Shown: positions 37,268 through 47,193, counted from the first letter of the whole stretch. The stretch is 60,537 nt of DNA, filler included, from 4 parts of 4 records of this genome joined end to end with filler, not necessarily neighbours in it; one strand, 5' to 3'. The notes: a model not told the origin generated them from the sequence alone. Translations and numbers: made by a program.

Positions 37268-38707
37268 ATGAATTTTTTTGTAAATAAAGCAATGGGGATT
37301 GGTAATTCTGGTGTGGAACATGCACAGTTCTATCGTGCTGCTTGTTTTGATAGAAAAAATATTCCCTATAAGTATATTTTTATGGAGCTAGTGAAGAATC
37401 TCCATGAAGCCATGGCGGCTTGGAAAATACCAGATGATAAAGTCATCTCCATGTGGGAATATTTTGCACTAGAAGGTGATTATTTAAGGCAAGGGGCTAA
37501 AGCAGTTTTTACTGCACAACAAGATCTCTTAGTAGATGCTACGAACACACATAGAATCAAAGAAACCATCACGTCATCAGGATTAAAAATCGTTGAGCAT
37601 ATGGAAAAATCTCCTAGTCCAAAAAAGGAAGGCTTACTGCTAGTTTCGGATTATCGGGTAGAGATTTTTGACTATCGAACGAATCAAAGAAAAATCATGT
37701 ACAGTTATCGAAATGATTCGCATCGAGGAAGAGTAATGACGAATATTCATTTGTTTGCTTTCAAAGGCAAACATCGTTTCTTTAGAAATGAAGTCTTATT
37801 GCAGCGATTTTTCTTTAAACAACTGATAGAAGAATTCCCAGAAACCAAAAGTATCATCATTGATCGGGGGGAGGAAAGCGAGGCTGCTTTATATGATCAT
37901 TGTCCTCCGGAAATCAAATTGATTGAGATCGTTCATGCCGATCATTTATCTGATCGTGACGTAGCTAGCGCACCTCTTTGGAACAATTACTATGAATTTG
38001 CTTTGACGCATTTGGAACAAGTCGCTCATATCGTTGTTGCGACAGAATTGCAAAGGCAAGATTTGTTGATCGATTTCCCAAACGAGTCCAAAAAAATTGT
38101 GACGATCCCGGTGGGAGGGATTCGCGATGTGACAGAAGATTCATTTGAATTAGGCAAACAACAGGCAGAAAAGTTTGTGACAGTCTCTCGTTTGGCATCC
38201 GAAAAGCACATTGATCTTGTGATGCGGGCAATTGCTGCAGCAAAAAAAGAACATCCAACGATCTCTTTAGACATCTATGGTCAAGGGGGAGAAGAAGGTA
38301 AGTTAAAAGCAGTGATCAAGGAGTTGAATGCAGAAGAGTACATTCTGTTAAAAGGGCATTCTCATGCAATCAATGAAGTATATCCTGATTATGATGCATT
38401 TATCTCTGGTTCTTTTTCAGAAGGTTTCGGATTGACTTATATTGAAGCTTTAAATGCAGGATTGCCAATTGTAACCTTCAAGGCTCGTTTTGGGGCCATG
38501 GAGTTGATCAAAGAAGGAGTCAATGGTTATTTGAAAGATTTTTCTAGAACTGATGAAGCTTATACTATTCAGCAACTAACAGATGGCATTCGTCAGTTGA
38601 CTGCTTCTGATCTGAACCAACTTAAAGCCAATACCCGCAAGTCTGTACGAATGTTTCAAGACGCGATAATTGCAGAGAAATGGAGTGAGTTGATCGATGC
38701 ATTATGA
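37268..38707 (+). CDS. gtfA: GtfA-like GT4 glycosyltransferase
   Basis: SGVEHAQFYRA, VHADH, TIPVG, SRLASEKHID, EGFGLTYIEA (EX7E motif). Confidence 0.85.
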   Translation: MNFFVNKAMGIGNSGVEHAQFYRAACFDRKNIPYKYIFMELVKNLHEAMAAWKIPDDKVISMWEYFALEGDYLRQGAKAVFTAQQDLLVDATNTHRIKETITSSGLKIVEHMEKSPSPKKEGLLLVSDYRVEIFDYRTNQRKIMYSYRNDSHRGRVMTNIHLFAFKGKHRFFRNEVLLQRFFFKQLIEEFPETKSIIIDRGEESEAALYDHCPPEIKLIEIVHADHLSDRDVASAPLWNNYYEFALTHLEQVAHIVVATELQRQDLLIDFPNESKKIVTIPVGGIRDVTEDSFELGKQQAEKFVTVSRLASEKHIDLVMRAIAAAKKEHPTISLDIYGQGGEEGKLKAVIKELNAEEYILLKGHSHAINEVYPDYDAFISGSFSEGFGLTYIEALNAGLPIVTFKARFGAMELIKEGVNGYLKDFSRTDEAYTIQQLTDGIRQLTASDLNQLKANTRKSVRMFQDAIIAEKWSELIDAL

Positions 38708-39545
38708 ATTAGTCACCGTGATCCGACCAAATGACCGAATTTGGATGGCACAAAAATCACGAATCAAAGAAGGAAGTCAAGTGTTGTCCATCTCACCGAG
38801 TCCAAATTTTCAAGCGATGCTCCAAAAAGAAGCATTGCAGGGAATAAATATTTTAGATCAAGTGACACAGCGCAGTCACGATACAGAAGCCTTTCTGTTT
38901 TTTAACCAAGTACCAACAGCTTACTCTACAGAAGTTTATATGAACGAGGACCGGACCATTTCCTTGATCACTGATGGAGATGAAGTAGGTAAAGTGAGCT
39001 TGTATCCTATGACTAGAAGACATGTCAAAGAAGTTCGCTACTTTTATCCTGATGGCACGACAGATTTCATTGAAGAATATGCCGCAGATGGGAAATTATT
39101 CTCAACTATTTATTACTGCAATGACCAGGTTCAAGAGATTGCTTTTTTCAATGATCAGCAACAAAGTATTCTGAATTACTATTTTTATCAAGGCACCATC
39201 AATTTAGTCACGATTCGTGATACAGAAACATTCAAGGTAACTCAAAAATTTAACACAACACTTGATTTCATTCGTGATCAGTTAGCTTTTCGGTTAACAG
39301 AAAATGATACAGTTGGCATTTCATATATGGGGTTAGAATTATTTTCTCTAGCAAAATCCAACTCGACAAATACACTTTATCTGGAAGAATCGCCGCTTGA
39401 TGGCAAAGGGAATATCAAAGGGAACTTAATGAGTATTTTAGATGACCGCGTTCCTTATATTCATAAGGTAGAAGTCGATCAAAAGAATTATCAGTTGTTG
39501 GCAAACAAAAATGTATGCATGGACAAAGTTGTGTTGAAAGGATGA
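38697..39545 (+). CDS. Short GtfB-like partner (N-terminal DUF1975-like part only)
   Basis: Occupies the gtfB position, overlapping gtfA. LFFNQVP and R.VKEV.Y...DG...FIEEY...G..FS resemble GtfB. Only 282 aa. Confidence 0.6.
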   Translation: MHYELVTVIRPNDRIWMAQKSRIKEGSQVLSISPSPNFQAMLQKEALQGINILDQVTQRSHDTEAFLFFNQVPTAYSTEVYMNEDRTISLITDGDEVGKVSLYPMTRRHVKEVRYFYPDGTTDFIEEYAADGKLFSTIYYCNDQVQEIAFFNDQQQSILNYYFYQGTINLVTIRDTETFKVTQKFNTTLDFIRDQLAFRLTENDTVGISYMGLELFSLAKSNSTNTLYLEESPLDGKGNIKGNLMSILDDRVPYIHKVEVDQKNYQLLANKNVCMDKVVLKG

Positions 39546-39552
39546 AGACAAA

Positions 39553-40110
39553 ATGAAAAAAATGAAAACCACTGAATTGTATGAGCAAATTATGTTGTTA
39601 ATAAAAGAGAACAGCGGGTCCATGCTCACTTTTGAGAAGGAACAAGAGGAAGCAAAGAAACTTTTTGCTCATCAAAACGCATTGATTGATCAGCTGATTC
39701 AAATCAATCAAGAAATGAAAGCAATGATGAACAAGTCAGAAAACGATATCGATCTAAATGTGATCCAAACATTAAAAAAACAATTCAATGCATCTTTTGA
39801 GCAGCAACAGGAGGAGCAAAATAAATTACAAATGATTTATGAGAAGCTCTTTTCTGCTTATGAGGTTGAAAAGCAAATGCTTCGAACCTATTTTTTGAAT
39901 GAAACCGAGCAGATCATTGATCGGTTAACCTCAACCGTCGAAAGACAAGATAACGATGTGAATCAATTGAGTCAAGAGCTGATTGATGAGCTTCGGGCAG
40001 TGGAAATAGCAGAGGTAGTGAATGAGATAGCTACAAACGAAAATGAACCAGTAGAAAATGTTTCAGAACTGAGTGAATCACTACAACTGGCAGACGATCA
40101 GAACCAGTAG
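39553..40110 (+). CDS. Hypothetical acidic coiled-coil protein
   Basis: 185 aa, E/Q/K-rich heptads, no TM, tightly packed in the operon. Confidence 0.7.
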   Translation: MKKMKTTELYEQIMLLIKENSGSMLTFEKEQEEAKKLFAHQNALIDQLIQINQEMKAMMNKSENDIDLNVIQTLKKQFNASFEQQQEEQNKLQMIYEKLFSAYEVEKQMLRTYFLNETEQIIDRLTSTVERQDNDVNQLSQELIDELRAVEIAEVVNEIATNENEPVENVSELSESLQLADDQNQ

Positions 40111-40168
40111 ATAAACCAGTTTTCTTCATAGTTGTTTGCCGAAAATAAACTGGGAAGAGGTGATTTCG

Positions 40169-40351
40169 TTGGCGAATAATCAGCTAGAAAAAACGATTCA
40201 AGCGGGATTTCAAGAAGAACGAGAAAACGTAAGAAATCACTCAGAAGAAAAGAAAAAGGGCAAAGCGATCACCATCGTGCTTTCCTTAGTTATGTCGATC
40301 GTGATCCTTGGATCGTTGGTTTATTCTTTATTGGAAGCATTACAGAAGTAA
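40169..40351 (+). CDS. Small single-TM protein, Asp4-like
   Basis: 60 aa with a charged N-terminus, KKKGK, then a C-terminal TM (AITIVLSLVMSIVILGSLVYSLL). GAGGTG RBS before TTG. Sits after gtfAB. Confidence 0.6.
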   Translation: MANNQLEKTIQAGFQEERENVRNHSEEKKKGKAITIVLSLVMSIVILGSLVYSLLEALQK

Positions 40352-40387
40352 GAATAAAAATAGGTCCTGCATTTTAGAAAAAAGGAT

Positions 40388-41383
40388 TTGAAAAATATGG
40401 AAACTAGATTACTAAGCGTTTGTCGATTAATTAGCACGATCAACCCAGACTTAAAGATACCTGATACATCAGTCGTTGCTGTCAATATTGATCGCGAGAA
40501 ATTAGAAGAGATACGCAAATGTAAAGGACTATCTGTGAAATCTTTTGAAAGAAAGATTGGGTTATCTCGCTCACGGTACTATAGATGGGTACAATATGAG
40601 ATCGACTTGCCCTTCGAATTGGTTGTTGGCATCAAGAAAATGTTGAGCATATCTGATACCGAATTGTTAGACATGTTTGCAATGTCAACAGATGAACAAC
40701 TTCATCTATTAAGTGTATTGATTTATAGCTCTTTATCAACGAAAGAGGACATGTTTGTTACCTTTATGAAAGTCAGAAAAGAGTTAGAAAAATTTCGCTC
40801 CTCTACTGAGGATAATACGATGTTTAAACTTATGTTGGCCTATTCTGACCTCGTATTTGGTTGTATGAACCAGAAAGTTCCGGATGCAAGTTTAGAAATG
40901 CTTGAAACATTTTTTCTGGGAACTGATTTTTATACATTATTTGACAGCCTTTTATATTTAGCTACATTACGCATCAAACAGCGCTATGGCTTGCACGCTT
41001 CATCTTTAGAAAAACAAATTTTTTTGTTAGAGAGCTGCCTTTTAAAGAAAATAAATTCGACTGATTTTACGGAACTGCGGCCAGTCTTGGTAGGCGCCGT
41101 ATTAGATTTATCAGAATGTTTGGTAGACATCCAACGCTGTGATGATGCGGTTCAATTACTTCAACATGCAAGTCGTTTAATGGAGGAACATTGGCATATT
41201 GATGTCTATAATCAGACAGTTCTAAAACTAGTCAAATATTTGCTGCTTACAAGGAATACTGCACAAGAAGATCCTGCTGTACAACTGTTTTCTAAAAATT
41301 TGAAGGGTGCAGAATGGTGCTTACCGAAAGATGAAGTGATGTTTGTGCGGGCAATGATGGAAAAGGAGATGGGACAAGCGTGA
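40388..41383 (+). CDS. Rgg/MutR-like transcriptional regulator (XRE HTH + helical repeat domain)
   Basis: LEEIRKCKGLSVK......GLSRSRYYRW...IDLPFE HTH followed by an all-helical C-terminal domain. Start uncertain. Confidence 0.7.
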   Translation: MKNMETRLLSVCRLISTINPDLKIPDTSVVAVNIDREKLEEIRKCKGLSVKSFERKIGLSRSRYYRWVQYEIDLPFELVVGIKKMLSISDTELLDMFAMSTDEQLHLLSVLIYSSLSTKEDMFVTFMKVRKELEKFRSSTEDNTMFKLMLAYSDLVFGCMNQKVPDASLEMLETFFLGTDFYTLFDSLLYLATLRIKQRYGLHASSLEKQIFLLESCLLKKINSTDFTELRPVLVGAVLDLSECLVDIQRCDDAVQLLQHASRLMEEHWHIDVYNQTVLKLVKYLLLTRNTAQEDPAVQLFSKNLKGAEWCLPKDEVMFVRAMMEKEMGQA

Positions 41384-42396
41384 ATCGGTGGGTGACGACG
41401 ATCATTGAATCGAATGCAGCAGATTCAGTCAAAAAAGCGAAAGTAGATGTTTTTCACATTGCCAATGGGATGGATTATCAACCTTTATATATTTATCGTT
41501 ATATCGATGAGAATGAAGATGATTATGCACTTATGTCAAGGATTGATGGCATTACAGCTGGTGTCGCTTATGAAGATATCGTGGTCTATCAATATCCAAG
41601 TTATAACGGAGCCCATTTTGACCGAATGTTCTTACAAAGAATGAAACAAAGAGGGATTTACACGAGTTTATTCATCCATGACGCTGAGATGTTGCGTGGG
41701 AAAGTCGATTTTGATGAATCTGCTCTTTTCAATGAAGCAACAGTATTGATCGTTCATAGCCAAGCTATGCAGACAGCCTTAGTCGAAAGAGGCGTGACAC
41801 GGAGAATGATCCAAAAACCATTTTTCGACTATCAGCATCAAGAAGTTAGTGTCAGTCATGAAAGACCAGAAAAACGAGTTGTCTTTGCAGGAAATTTGGC
41901 AAAAACCCGTTTTCTACAGCAGTGGCCCAATCGCACGGAAATTCTTGTATACGGCGATAAAAACGACAGTCAATTTGGTCCGAATGTTCATTATTGTGGT
42001 GTTTTTGAGCAAGAGAAATTGGTTCGTAGGATGGAGAAAAATGGTTTCGGACTTGCGTGGGATGATAAGTTGCCTGATGGTGGTGACTACCAACAATATA
42101 CGAAGTATAATGCACCGCACAAAATCTCGTTGTATCTCTCGTTAGGAATCCCTGTCATTGTATGGAAAGAAGCAGCTATAGCAGAGATGGTACAGAAACT
42201 GGAACTTGGCATTACTATCAACGCAATTGAAGACATTGATCATCAATTAAGTGAGTTAACAGATGAAGAGCTGCTGCGGATAAAAAATAATGTTCTTTCA
42301 TTTAGTTGTTTACTGCAATCAGGAATATTTACTAGAACGGCACTGATGGATTCAGAAGTGAAAATACTCCTAGGCAAAGGAGCAAGTCAAGCATGA
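41380..42396 (+). CDS. Gtf3/Nss-like glycosyltransferase
   Basis: RIDGITAGV...DIVVYQYPS, FIHD.E.LR, LIVHS..M, FDY, FAGNL.K, GFGLAWD, YNAPHKISLYL..GIPVIVW. Confidence 0.88.
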   Translation: MNRWVTTIIESNAADSVKKAKVDVFHIANGMDYQPLYIYRYIDENEDDYALMSRIDGITAGVAYEDIVVYQYPSYNGAHFDRMFLQRMKQRGIYTSLFIHDAEMLRGKVDFDESALFNEATVLIVHSQAMQTALVERGVTRRMIQKPFFDYQHQEVSVSHERPEKRVVFAGNLAKTRFLQQWPNRTEILVYGDKNDSQFGPNVHYCGVFEQEKLVRRMEKNGFGLAWDDKLPDGGDYQQYTKYNAPHKISLYLSLGIPVIVWKEAAIAEMVQKLELGITINAIEDIDHQLSELTDEELLRIKNNVLSFSCLLQSGIFTRTALMDSEVKILLGKGASQA

Positions 42397-42776
42397 AACA
42401 ATCGATGAGTACAAAGAAGTTATCCGCAATCATTCAAATCAGCGAACTAGATCAGATGTTGACTGATTTGAAACAAGCGATCGAACAACGGGATAGTAAA
42501 ATTGCGCGATTACAACAAATGATTTCAGAAAAACGACAGTCAGCCGTTGGTTATCGCGATTTTATTGTCTTAAAGAATAGCCAAGAAGAATTGAGAGAGT
42601 TATGCAAAAAAATTGACTTGCAGCTGGTCAAAACCAATGAGCTTTTACGGCATATACGTAATACAAAAGTAATTTTCAGCGACTTGTTGCTTTTAGAAGC
42701 AGAAGTCAACGAACAAATGAGTAAAATTCAGGAACTGTCCAATGCATTCTTTATCCAAGAAGAGGCAGGAAAATAG
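42393..42776 (+). CDS. Hypothetical coiled-coil protein
   Basis: 127 aa with continuous heptads, ATGA-coupled to the glycosyltransferase. Confidence 0.7.
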   Translation: MKQSMSTKKLSAIIQISELDQMLTDLKQAIEQRDSKIARLQQMISEKRQSAVGYRDFIVLKNSQEELRELCKKIDLQLVKTNELLRHIRNTKVIFSDLLLLEAEVNEQMSKIQELSNAFFIQEEAGK

Positions 42777-42847
42777 AGGATGAAATAGCAATAGTGTTAT
42801 TAGGGAAGCTGTAAGTCATGATAAATAGGGAAGTTAGGGGGATTAGT

Positions 42848-44185
42848 GTGAACAAAATCATTGCATTAGACATTGATGAATTTCGAGTAGGCGTTGTTGG
42901 CTACGGTTATCAAGATGTCAGAAGTTCTGTTTATTCAGAAGTCAAAAAAAATAATCTACAATATCTTTTAGGAAAGAATAATGAACCGATCTACCTAAAA
43001 AACAAAGTAGGGAAACGAATACTTCTCGGGGGCAGCGAGAAAGAAATCACTTGGGGACTCGACAAGTTGTATAGTCGACGATCAGAAGCCTATCAAACAT
43101 TTGGCAATCCGTTGGCAACCCTGGGAGACCAAAAATTTAAGACATATATCAAAACGATACTCTCTTATTTAGTAGCGAAAAGACCCTCACTTTTTACTGA
43201 AATTGCAGAGGATTACTTTAGCTGTTCATTATGCCTTGGCGTAGCAACAGAAAGTTTTGACCGGCTTGCTGACATTGAGAGACAACTGGCAGATGAATTC
43301 GAGACAGTTGTTGATGGCACTCACTATCAGATCCGCATCGAGCGAGTAAAGCTGATCCCGAAATCTCTGGGCGCAATTTTTGAAAGCAAACGAAATGATA
43401 TTCATTTGATGTTAGGCGTGGAAGAAATTCTTGCTGGGTTGACCTATGTGATTGAAATCAATGATCATTCTCTCACTTGTGATAGCTACGAAAATGGGGA
43501 ACTGATCAAAAGTTCAAAAGTCACAGACGGCTTGTTTGAATTGGCAGGCAACGTGGTACAAGCTTATCAAGAAAATGAGGGGGATCATCCCGCACCTATC
43601 TTTGCGCTAGATCATGGCGTCGTTTACGATATGCTTGTCACAGCTAAGAAAAACAATCCATTTGTCGTGACGATCAATGGAGGTCAGACAATAGATTTAA
43701 CTGAGATCGTTAAAAAAGAGACGACTGCTTTGACAGATCAATTGATTGATTATGTAAACAGTGATCAAGATATTCAATATGCTGATACAATTCTAATCAG
43801 AGATATTCCTTCAGAAACGATCAACGAAAACACAGTAAATCAGACACTCACCAAGATGGGGTTATCTTGTAAAGTATTTAACAATAAAAGTGCTCTTGGC
43901 GTGTATCTCTTCGGAGAGTTGTTTTGGAAAAGTCAACTGAATGCTTCGATAGATCATTTTGAGGATAACAGTCCATTTCCAATGAAGCCAGACGGTTTAG
44001 AGTCGAAAGTGAATGCAGAACCTTTACCAGTCGAGAAGTCCCTCGAATCTTCAACTAACCAAATTGATTCTGAGCTACCAGAAGCTACCAAGCAAAAGAG
44101 TCATCATAGAAGCTTATCTGTAGAAGCAATCTTTGCGGAACAGTCGGAATTGCTTGATTTCTTGATCAGCAACGACAAAGAGTAG
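42848..44185 (+). CDS. ParM/StbA-family actin-like protein with degenerate nucleotide-binding motifs and an acidic tail
   Basis: Collinear with Firmicute ParM: IIALDI, FKTYI, VDG..YQI.I..VKLIP.SLG.I, YVIEI.....D.Y.NG, IDLTEIV.KE, D.ILI, G...FGEL. GTG start with an AGGGGG RBS. Confidence 0.75.
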   Translation: MNKIIALDIDEFRVGVVGYGYQDVRSSVYSEVKKNNLQYLLGKNNEPIYLKNKVGKRILLGGSEKEITWGLDKLYSRRSEAYQTFGNPLATLGDQKFKTYIKTILSYLVAKRPSLFTEIAEDYFSCSLCLGVATESFDRLADIERQLADEFETVVDGTHYQIRIERVKLIPKSLGAIFESKRNDIHLMLGVEEILAGLTYVIEINDHSLTCDSYENGELIKSSKVTDGLFELAGNVVQAYQENEGDHPAPIFALDHGVVYDMLVTAKKNNPFVVTINGGQTIDLTEIVKKETTALTDQLIDYVNSDQDIQYADTILIRDIPSETINENTVNQTLTKMGLSCKVFNNKSALGVYLFGELFWKSQLNASIDHFEDNSPFPMKPDGLESKVNAEPLPVEKSLESSTNQIDSELPEATKQKSHHRSLSVEAIFAEQSELLDFLISNDKE

Positions 44186-44322
44186 TCAATTTGGAGAAGG
44201 AAATGTGAATTTCGAGAGGATTGCAATAACCATTCCCTTTTTTTCCATGGTTAGTCTTTTGTACTAAATCAGAACATCGGACTTTGCAATAAAGTCTTGT
44301 CGTCAATAAGGATTGATATGTT

Positions 44323-44400
44323 GTACAAAAAACACACTTGGGACTGAAGAATCAATTATGATTCATCAGTCCCAAAAATGATAAAGACGTTTCTTTGTAC
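44323..44400. repeat. Nested palindromic element, one arm repeated at the contig start
   Basis: ttgggactgaagaatc-aattat-gattcatcagtcccaa (44338-44375) inside gtacaaaaaac..gtttctttgtac. gattcatcagtccca also occurs at 28692-28706. Confidence 0.8.
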
Positions 44401-44847
44401 AGTAAAAGTTAAGAGAACTTATAAATAAAGGGAAAATAACAGTAAGATTTTAAAGAATCTGCTAAAATTTTTGTAACCGAAAATGAAAATAATATGATTG
44501 TTTATGAAAATTTTCATTTTCAGTTTACAATTATTTTTTTTGACAAGTGAAATTTTAGCGAGTAGCCAATCACTCCTGGTGTTTAAGAGTTTTCAAGGAA
44601 AGAACTTTTATCACAAACAAAAGATTCTTTCTGGATTTTGAGTATTTATCATGAAAAAAATATTCTGTTGTTTTTCAAACAAAAGAAATCCTATTTCATT
44701 TTCACAAATTCGCTTGAGAGAAGGACCCATTTTTTGGCTTTTGCTCTCATTTTTCTCACAGAATCAAAATTTGGGTCATTTTGCATTTTCTCTTTTTTCC
44801 GATTAGGATAATCACCTGAGTAAAATTTGTTGTTTGGAGGAAGAGAA

Positions 44848-47093
44848 ATGCGTACTTATGTGAAAAAAATAGCTTACCCAATGTTCATGCTGTCCTTACT
44901 TATTTTATCCTATTTGGCGCCTTTATTATCAGTCATCACAGCCAATGCGGACACCGAGGAGAATCCCAAAACAATCCTATTTCAAAACGAAAAGGGCATA
45001 GCGCAAGTGACATCATTACCAGATCCTACCACAGGGGAGATCACTTGGACGATCCAAGTAGAAAAGAATCAACAAGCAGCAAATCAACTGGCATTCAGCT
45101 TGAGTGAAGGGGAACAAACGGTTCTGCCGAACTCGATTCAAAGCAGCGGCACGCCATTTACATATGATCCGCAAAGACAGCAGCTGATGGAAGAAACCGC
45201 TAGCAGTTCTTTTAGCCAAATGACGCTAACGTTTCAAACAAAAAGTCTTCAAACATTGACAATCAAATCCGCCTTTCTTCAAACAGATGAAAAAAATGGA
45301 CAAGTGAAAGAAGACATCATCAACACAACAGATGTAGCAGTTGTTCTACCTGAAAATGAATCCACAGAAGCAACGAGTACAGAAGCCGTACTTTCTGATA
45401 CTCAGGATCAAACAGAGGCTTCTGAAAAAAAGGTTGTAACAACAAGCAACGAGTCACAACAACAAACGGCGTCAAATACTGCATCAAAAACCATAGAATC
45501 AACGCTTGATACCCAAGCAAGTGCGCCAGCAGCTTCACAACTTTCAAGTGGGGGCATTTTTAAAAATGATGTTCCTGAAGTTGATGACGCACTTCTAGGA
45601 GAAGCGCAATATTTTCATATTTTTGCTAACCATGCGACGCTAAATACACACACGAACGGAAATTTGGCCGTTGGTGAATTAAACGGAAATGTCAATTTTG
45701 GGACCAGTATTCAGGATGGTTCTTTGCCAACAGAAATCAATTATATTCAAAAGGTCAATTCCATCGCAAACTCTTCTTTTGTATCAGGAACTGATAGTAG
45801 AAAAAACAAAGTTGTTTTTGGCCCATCAGTCACAGTAGATTTAGCAGATCAAAATCAGCAACCTGCCGTTTTTGTAAATGGTCAGAGAATGGATCACTTG
45901 AAGACTTCCGAAGTTTTTCAAGATCAATCCGTGAGTGAGCCTTATATAGACTTTGAACAGGCATTTTCAACGTTACAGGCGACGTCAGAAAGACTGGGAG
46001 CTTATCCGCAGACACCCGGTGTAACCAAGGATTTCACTGATAATAATCAGCGGGTCATCAATACAGCCGATGCCGAAGATGAGACACAAGCGGTTGTTTT
46101 GACCTTGACAGACGAACAAGGAAATCCACTTGATGATGGTGTTTACGAACTTCAAAACAACAAGACGCATAAGGAAGTCGATGAAGAAGTCACAAATGAT
46201 GATGGGCAGGTGATCGAAGCTGGTCTTCCAGAGGGAGAATATTCCTTTGTGGAAACGGAAGCGCCAGACGGCTATCTGATTGATAAAAAAACCATTTCTT
46301 TTTCAGAAGATACAATTGCGAAAGAAGATCAAAAGGTTGTTGTTTCTCTTTCAAAAACGGAATTAGAAAAAGATACGCCAATCACCATTAAAGGGCTAAC
46401 AAGAGGAAATACGCCTGTGATCATCAATGTGGACACTGAGGGAGTCAGCACCGTTAATGTTAAGTCCCAAATCAAACTAGAATATACGGATGGTACGTCT
46501 CGTAATAGCCATGAAACAGAAGAGTTTGATGATGCTGTTATCTTATGGAATTTTGTTGACCAATCAGAGGGCCAAACGATTTCGATTAATAGTCCATTCC
46601 AAGGAACCATCTTGGCTGTTGGTGATACAGTCGATGTCCATCAAAATGTTGACGGCAGTATCATTGCTGATACAGTGCTGGTCAACGCAGAAACCCATCG
46701 CTGGGATCTGCAAGCAAATGAAACAATCGTGCCGACTATTAAACTAGCTGCCATGAATCAATTACTTTCTTTTGATACAACGACAATCAGCGGGACCAAA
46801 ACGTGGGATGATTATGACAACAAATTCAATACCCGTCCGACAAGCATTATGGTTCAATTATTGCAAAACGGTGAAGTATTCCAAACAAAAACGGTTACCC
46901 AAAGTAAAGAGGGGGACTGGCATTATGAATTTACTGATCTACCGAAAACTGACGAATCTGGTCAGACTTATGAATACACAATCCAAGAAACACCTGTTGA
47001 AGGGTATTCTACTAAAGTAAACGGTTATGACCTGGTCAACACGTACCGCAATATTGAAACGACAGACGTAGCTGGAACAAAGACATGGAAAGA
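44848..47093 (+). CDS. Cell-surface adhesin: signal peptide, S/T-rich linker, choice-of-anchor-A/collagen-binding-like domain, SpaA-like domain, CnaB repeats (3' truncated)
   Basis: LG.A..FHIFAN...HTNGNLAV, YIDF, IINVDT, ILWNF, FQGTILA. GLPEGEYSFVETEAPDGY. ISGTKTWDD...RP.SI.VQLLQNG...W.YEFTDLPK. Confidence 0.88.
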
Positions 47094-47193
47094 NNNNNNN
47101 NNNNNNNNNNNNNNNNNNNNNNNNNNNNNNNNNNNNNTTAATTAATTAANNNNNNNNNNNNNNNNNNNNNNNNNNNNNNNNNNNNNNNNNNNN
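47094..47193. other. Artificial contig linker
   Basis: N-run, TTAATTAATTAA, N-run. Confidence 0.99.

Noticed and set aside
42393-44400. Functional plasmid parMRC partition cassette
   Set aside because: ATPase motifs are degenerate, the neighbouring small ORF is coiled-coil rather than ribbon-helix-helix, and no iteron array or rep gene is visible.
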